From: an uncultured Verrucomicrobiae bacterium
GTDB taxonomy: Bacteria; Verrucomicrobiota; Verrucomicrobiia; Limisphaerales; JAFGQR01
Direction of reading: 5' to 3'
NCBI GenBank assembly: GCA_963788655.1
Contig: CAWBHS010000111.1
Coordinates: 1 to 33,223 of the forward strand
DNA length: 33,223 bases
The position numbers were made by a program, and so were the translations under genes. The stretch's first letter is position 1. Each line of letters opens with the position of its first letter. Below, piece by piece: positions 29,473-33,223 of the stretch. The notes under the pieces were generated by a model. That model saw only the letters and a program-made list of their open reading frames with translations, made no database searches and had not been told where the DNA came from.

Positions 29473-31659
29473 TCAATTCCTTGGCGAGGAGTTGGTGCCG
29501 GCTCGCTTGCCCAAGGCCTGGTAATGCTTGTGAATTTCCGCGGCGCTTAAGGCGCGACTGTGAAGCTTTACTTCATCGAGCATCCCGGTGAAATGCGCAC
29601 GGTGGCCCGGTTCGTAGTTACCCAGGCAGAGACGCGCCTCACTCGGCTTGACTGGGCCCGGCCGTTCCATCGTGCCGCACTCCTCACCGTCCACATAGAT
29701 TCGCATGATCTTGCCATCGAACGTGGCTGCCAGATGCACCCACCGCCCCGTCGGCAGCGGCGTTGTGGCCTTAAGATGATGGCTCCAGTCGGTCAGCGGC
29801 ACTTCGAAACAGGGTTTGCCTTGCAGCACGCCCAAACGATAGCCAGCCGAGGTGCTGCCCGCGACAACGCGATTCACGAACCACTTGTTATCCTGTCCGG
29901 CCAAATCGGTTTTCACCCAGCATTCGAGGCTGATGGCATTTGTTGGCGACAGGAAACTATGGTTTTCCACCAGCACGCATCCGCCGCCGCAGACGAGGGC
30001 GAGGCCATCGACGCCGTTGGTTCGCGTCGTGTTGCGCAGCAGGCCGCCCAGCCGATGGCCCGAATAGTCGAGCGTTATGGGACTGTCCTGCTCTTCGTCG
30101 AACGCCCACCAGGCAATCAGGCCCTCTTCCAACGCGCCAGGCTTGGTGGCCTTCTGCGAGAGCCGTTTGCGTTTTTCCTCCAAGAGTCGCGTGTGTTTCT
30201 TGTCCGCCGTGTCATACGGCCCCAGGCCGATGTCTTCGGGAATCAAGTCCACGTGCGGTTCGGGCGCAGCGGAAAACACCTTGCGCACGGCATCGACGTA
30301 GCCGAATCCGAACTCGCGATACGGTGCAAGGTAATGGCCTTCGCCCCACTCATTCCAGTTGTCCAGCAGGAGCATCTGGCTGCCGAGTTCATTTGCCGGC
30401 AGCGTGGCGATAAAGTCTTTCGCCCACCGAAGCAGCGTCGCGAAATCCGGTGGCGGAATTTTCCAGATGCTCCCTTCGTCGTGCCAACCACTCCAGGCCT
30501 GCGACACGGTGACCACTTGCGGCAGGATGCCGAGCTGCTGCGTCTTCCGGATGTAATTCATCTGGGCCTGAATGGCTTGTGGCGGAGTCGGGCTGTTGGG
30601 GATGCCCCAGCAATAGGCGAAGGTGTAGTCGAGACCGAGTCGCTTCATCAGCTTGAGGTGATTCGCCTCGAGTCCGCGGTATTCGCCAAGGAGATACAGC
30701 CCGGCAAAGCCCGCGTCCCGGCAGGCCTGACGCATCCGCGCAAATGCCTGCTTGACGTTCTCCACACCGCCCAAGTCCGGCACGAGGAATTCCGGCGGTA
30801 GATGAACAGCAACGGCTTGCCAGCGATCTTGAGGTAGCTCGGATGCTGAAAGTAATTCGTCATCCAATACGGAAGCAGATTTACCATGAGGTCGCGTTCG
30901 TCCGCCACGCCTGCTTTACCGCGCGACTGGTTCTCCCACATGATCGTGAATTTCATCTTGTCGGCGAAACGCGACTTGAACAGTGCATCGTGGATGGCGC
31001 TGCCAAACTGGGTTTTTACCGCGCCACCCTGGCTGGTGCGATACCAGCAATAGACAAAGAACGAAATGCCGTGCTCGACCGCCCATTTCGTCTCCCAGTC
31101 AGCGACCTCCGGATTTTCTTGGGCGTAGAGGCCCAGTGCGGGCGTGCGTTCGGGATGCTTCACGATGTTGGCCCACATGTAGGGCTTGTCCGCCTCCCAG
31201 AGAGGACAATGATGCGCGCCAACGAGAACCTTCGTGCGCACCACCATAGGCTCAGGGATGTAAGGCAACTGACGCGCCTCCAGAGCGGGAAGAAAGTCCA
31301 TCGTCAGCGACGCGCCGGCGACCGTCATGGTCCCCACGGTTACTTGCAGGCGCAACGGGTAAGCGCCCGCTTCATCCGCTTCGATATTCCACCAATTGCC
31401 TTGCTTCACTTTCTTCGAGTCGCACGACCGGTGCGGCCTCCGAACCCACGATCCGCACGCCCGGTCGGAACGACGAGGCTGGCCGCGCGTCCACGACGGC
31501 GCTACCCATGTTCTCCAGGATCGCCATGACCGGCGTTGTCCGGAGCGCGCGGCTGAGGGGCTTCTCAGGAAGAAAGCGGCTGACGCGAATCGAGTTGGGG
31601 CCTGCTGCCGCCTCGCCAACCGCCAGGAAAAGCGCAATGAATGTGAGCCGGCTTTTCAT
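29473..31659 (-). CDS. Secreted GH99-like/WbsX-type glycoside hydrolase with C-terminal LamG domain, with indels
   Basis: P.LG.Y, EHGISFFVYCWY, MWEN, YFQHPSYLKIAGKPLLFIY, DNWNEWGEGHYLAP; C-terminal WVHLAATFDG...YVDG...LDEVK. Confidence 0.8.
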
Positions 31660-31737
31660 ACGGCGATTCTCTTTGGTAGTGTGGCGCAAGCCAAGATGAA
31701 TATCTGTATTGCTTTAGCGGAACTCACGTAGCCGAAT

Positions 31738-33223
31738 TGAGCCAAAAGTATTGTTACCCGGGAGGGGGGGTGAGTTCGGGAGAAATGATCCGTTGTGCCA
31801 GAAGTTACTGTTACCGTGGCCGGAATGGATAAAACGATGAGTCAGCGGACCCGGGAAGAAGTAATCACGAAGCTGCGAGGGCGTTACCAAAGCGCCGGCG
31901 CCGAACACAAACACAAGCTGCTGGATCAAGCGCAAGCGGTGCTGGGCTACCATCGCAAGTCGGCGATCCGATCCCTACGCGCCCCGACGGTGGAACGTGG
32001 GCCCCGGATTATTACGGGGCGACCCACGAGTTACGAACCGGGGGTCTTGCTGCCCTGGCTACGACCGATCTGGGCGGCCACCGACTAGGCGTGCGGCCAG
32101 CGCCTGGTCGCGATGTTGCCGGAGTGGATTCCGGCGTATGAACCGGAGGAACGGCGGCTGCCCCCGAAGTGCGGGAAAAACTTTTGGCCGCCAGCGGACG
32201 GACCCTGGACCGGTTGCTGGCACCGTTGCGCGGTCAGGGCTCCGGGCGTTCGTTGACGCGGCCGGGCACGTTACTGCGCCAGCAGATTCCCATTCGCGGC
32301 AGCGTGTGGGAGGACGGCAAGGCCGGTTGGCTGGAGGTCGATCCGGTGGCGCTGTGTGGGGGCAGCGTGGCGGGGGAGTTTGTGGGGATGGTTGACGGCG
32401 TGGATTACGCGACGACGTGGGTGGCGGTGCGGGCGATCTGGGGACGGGGCCAGGCGGGCACGCTGGCCGCGTTGCGCGATGTGGAAGCCAGCCGGCCCTT
32501 TGCGTTGCTGGGTTTGGACAGTGACAATGGGGGTGAGTTTTTGAATTACCACGTGTTGCGTTGGCTGCAGCAACGCAAGCGACCGGTGTTCATGACCCGC
32601 AGCCGGCCCTACCAGAAAAATGACAATGCGCATGTGGAGCAGAAGAACTGGACGCACATTCGGCAATGCTTTGGCTATGAGCGTCACGATAACCCGGAAG
32701 TCGTTGAGCTCATCAACGTGCTGGTCAAGGGCGCGTATGGTCAGTTGCTAAACTACTTTCACGCCAGCTTGAAGTTAGAACGTAAGGAGCGCACGGAGGG
32801 CCGGGTACGACGCATTTACGGCAAGGCCCAAACGCCGTTGGCCCGGGTGCTGGCCAGTGCCGAGGTCACCGCGAAAACCAAGCGACGTTTGGAGCAGGAG
32901 AAGGCTGAGTTGAATCCCTTTGCGCTCAAGCGTGAGGTCGCTCGGAGTTTGAAAAAGATTGCCTCCCTGTGCCGAGCGCGCGCTTGAACTGTGAATAACT
33001 CGCCCCCCCCATACCCCCCCCTTGGGCCGTCCGTTGGCGACCGCAGGGGGGCGCGAGCTAAGGGCTCGCTAGCCCGCCCCCCTGCTCGTTTTAACTTGCA
33101 ATCGATGATCCCAAAACCTACAGAGAACCAAGAACAGTTAACAACAAAACGTGAGCCATTGGGTAACACCCCTTTTGGCACAACGAATCACCTTCCCGGG
33201 TAACAGTTACTTTTGGCACGCGG
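31738..33223 (+). mobile_element. ISNCY-type (ISLbi1-like) insertion sequence; right end reaches the window edge
   Basis: Two direct copies of GCCA(A/G)AAGT..TGTTACC on the left (31741, 31797) and two inverted copies on the right (33161-33180, 33195-33218). Confidence 0.8.
31825..32987 (+). pseudogene. Integrase-core DDE transposase with in-frame TAG (32086-32088) and a frameshift near 32165
   Basis: GYHRKSAIR, LEVD.VA.CG, LDSDNGGEFLN, TRSRPYQKNDNAHVEQKN. Confidence 0.85.

Noticed and set aside
5231..30801. Long antisense ORFs (5231-6409, 20787-21839, 26505-27995, 29560-30801)
   Set aside because: Shadow frames of real genes in GC-rich DNA with no recognisable motifs
13655..31659. Mass pseudogenisation of hsdM, hsdS, hsdR, GH78 and GH99-like genes
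   Set aside because: Breaks are isolated indels with conserved motifs on both sides, typical of long-read error; cannot be decided without reads

Overview
High-GC bacterial DNA; the IS types, REP-like palindromes and glycoside hydrolases suggest the PVC group, probably Verrucomicrobia (inference). Single-base indels break almost every long gene, which looks like long-read consensus error, so frameshifts alone are not treated as pseudogenisation. The right end (25.4-33.2 kb) holds carbohydrate enzymes (GH78 rhamnosidase, SGNH hydrolase, GH99-like+LamG) and a decayed IS. The core (3.9-25.1 kb, minus strand) is a type I restriction-modification locus (hsdR-hsdS-hsdM) whose intergenic slots are repeatedly duplicated, each time with different cargo. 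There are four synonymously diverged hsdM 5' ends, two hsdS 3' ends and two hsdR 3' ends. The cargo is Fic plus a Zn-ribbon protein, AbiF with a hairpin ncRNA, an ATPase-TIR protein, AbrB/Doc, a DUF4747-like/membrane cassette, and DUF3800 with a convergent hairpin ncRNA. The left end is a nest of mobile elements: IS4, a large serine recombinase sitting in IS21 istA, and a DUF4338-ISAs1 with a 10-bp target duplication; a truncated DUF4338-carrying IS66 lies at 10.4-12.7 kb. The best candidates for new biology are the integrase-free defence-cassette array built on hsd gene ends and the DUF3800 protein/ncRNA pair.
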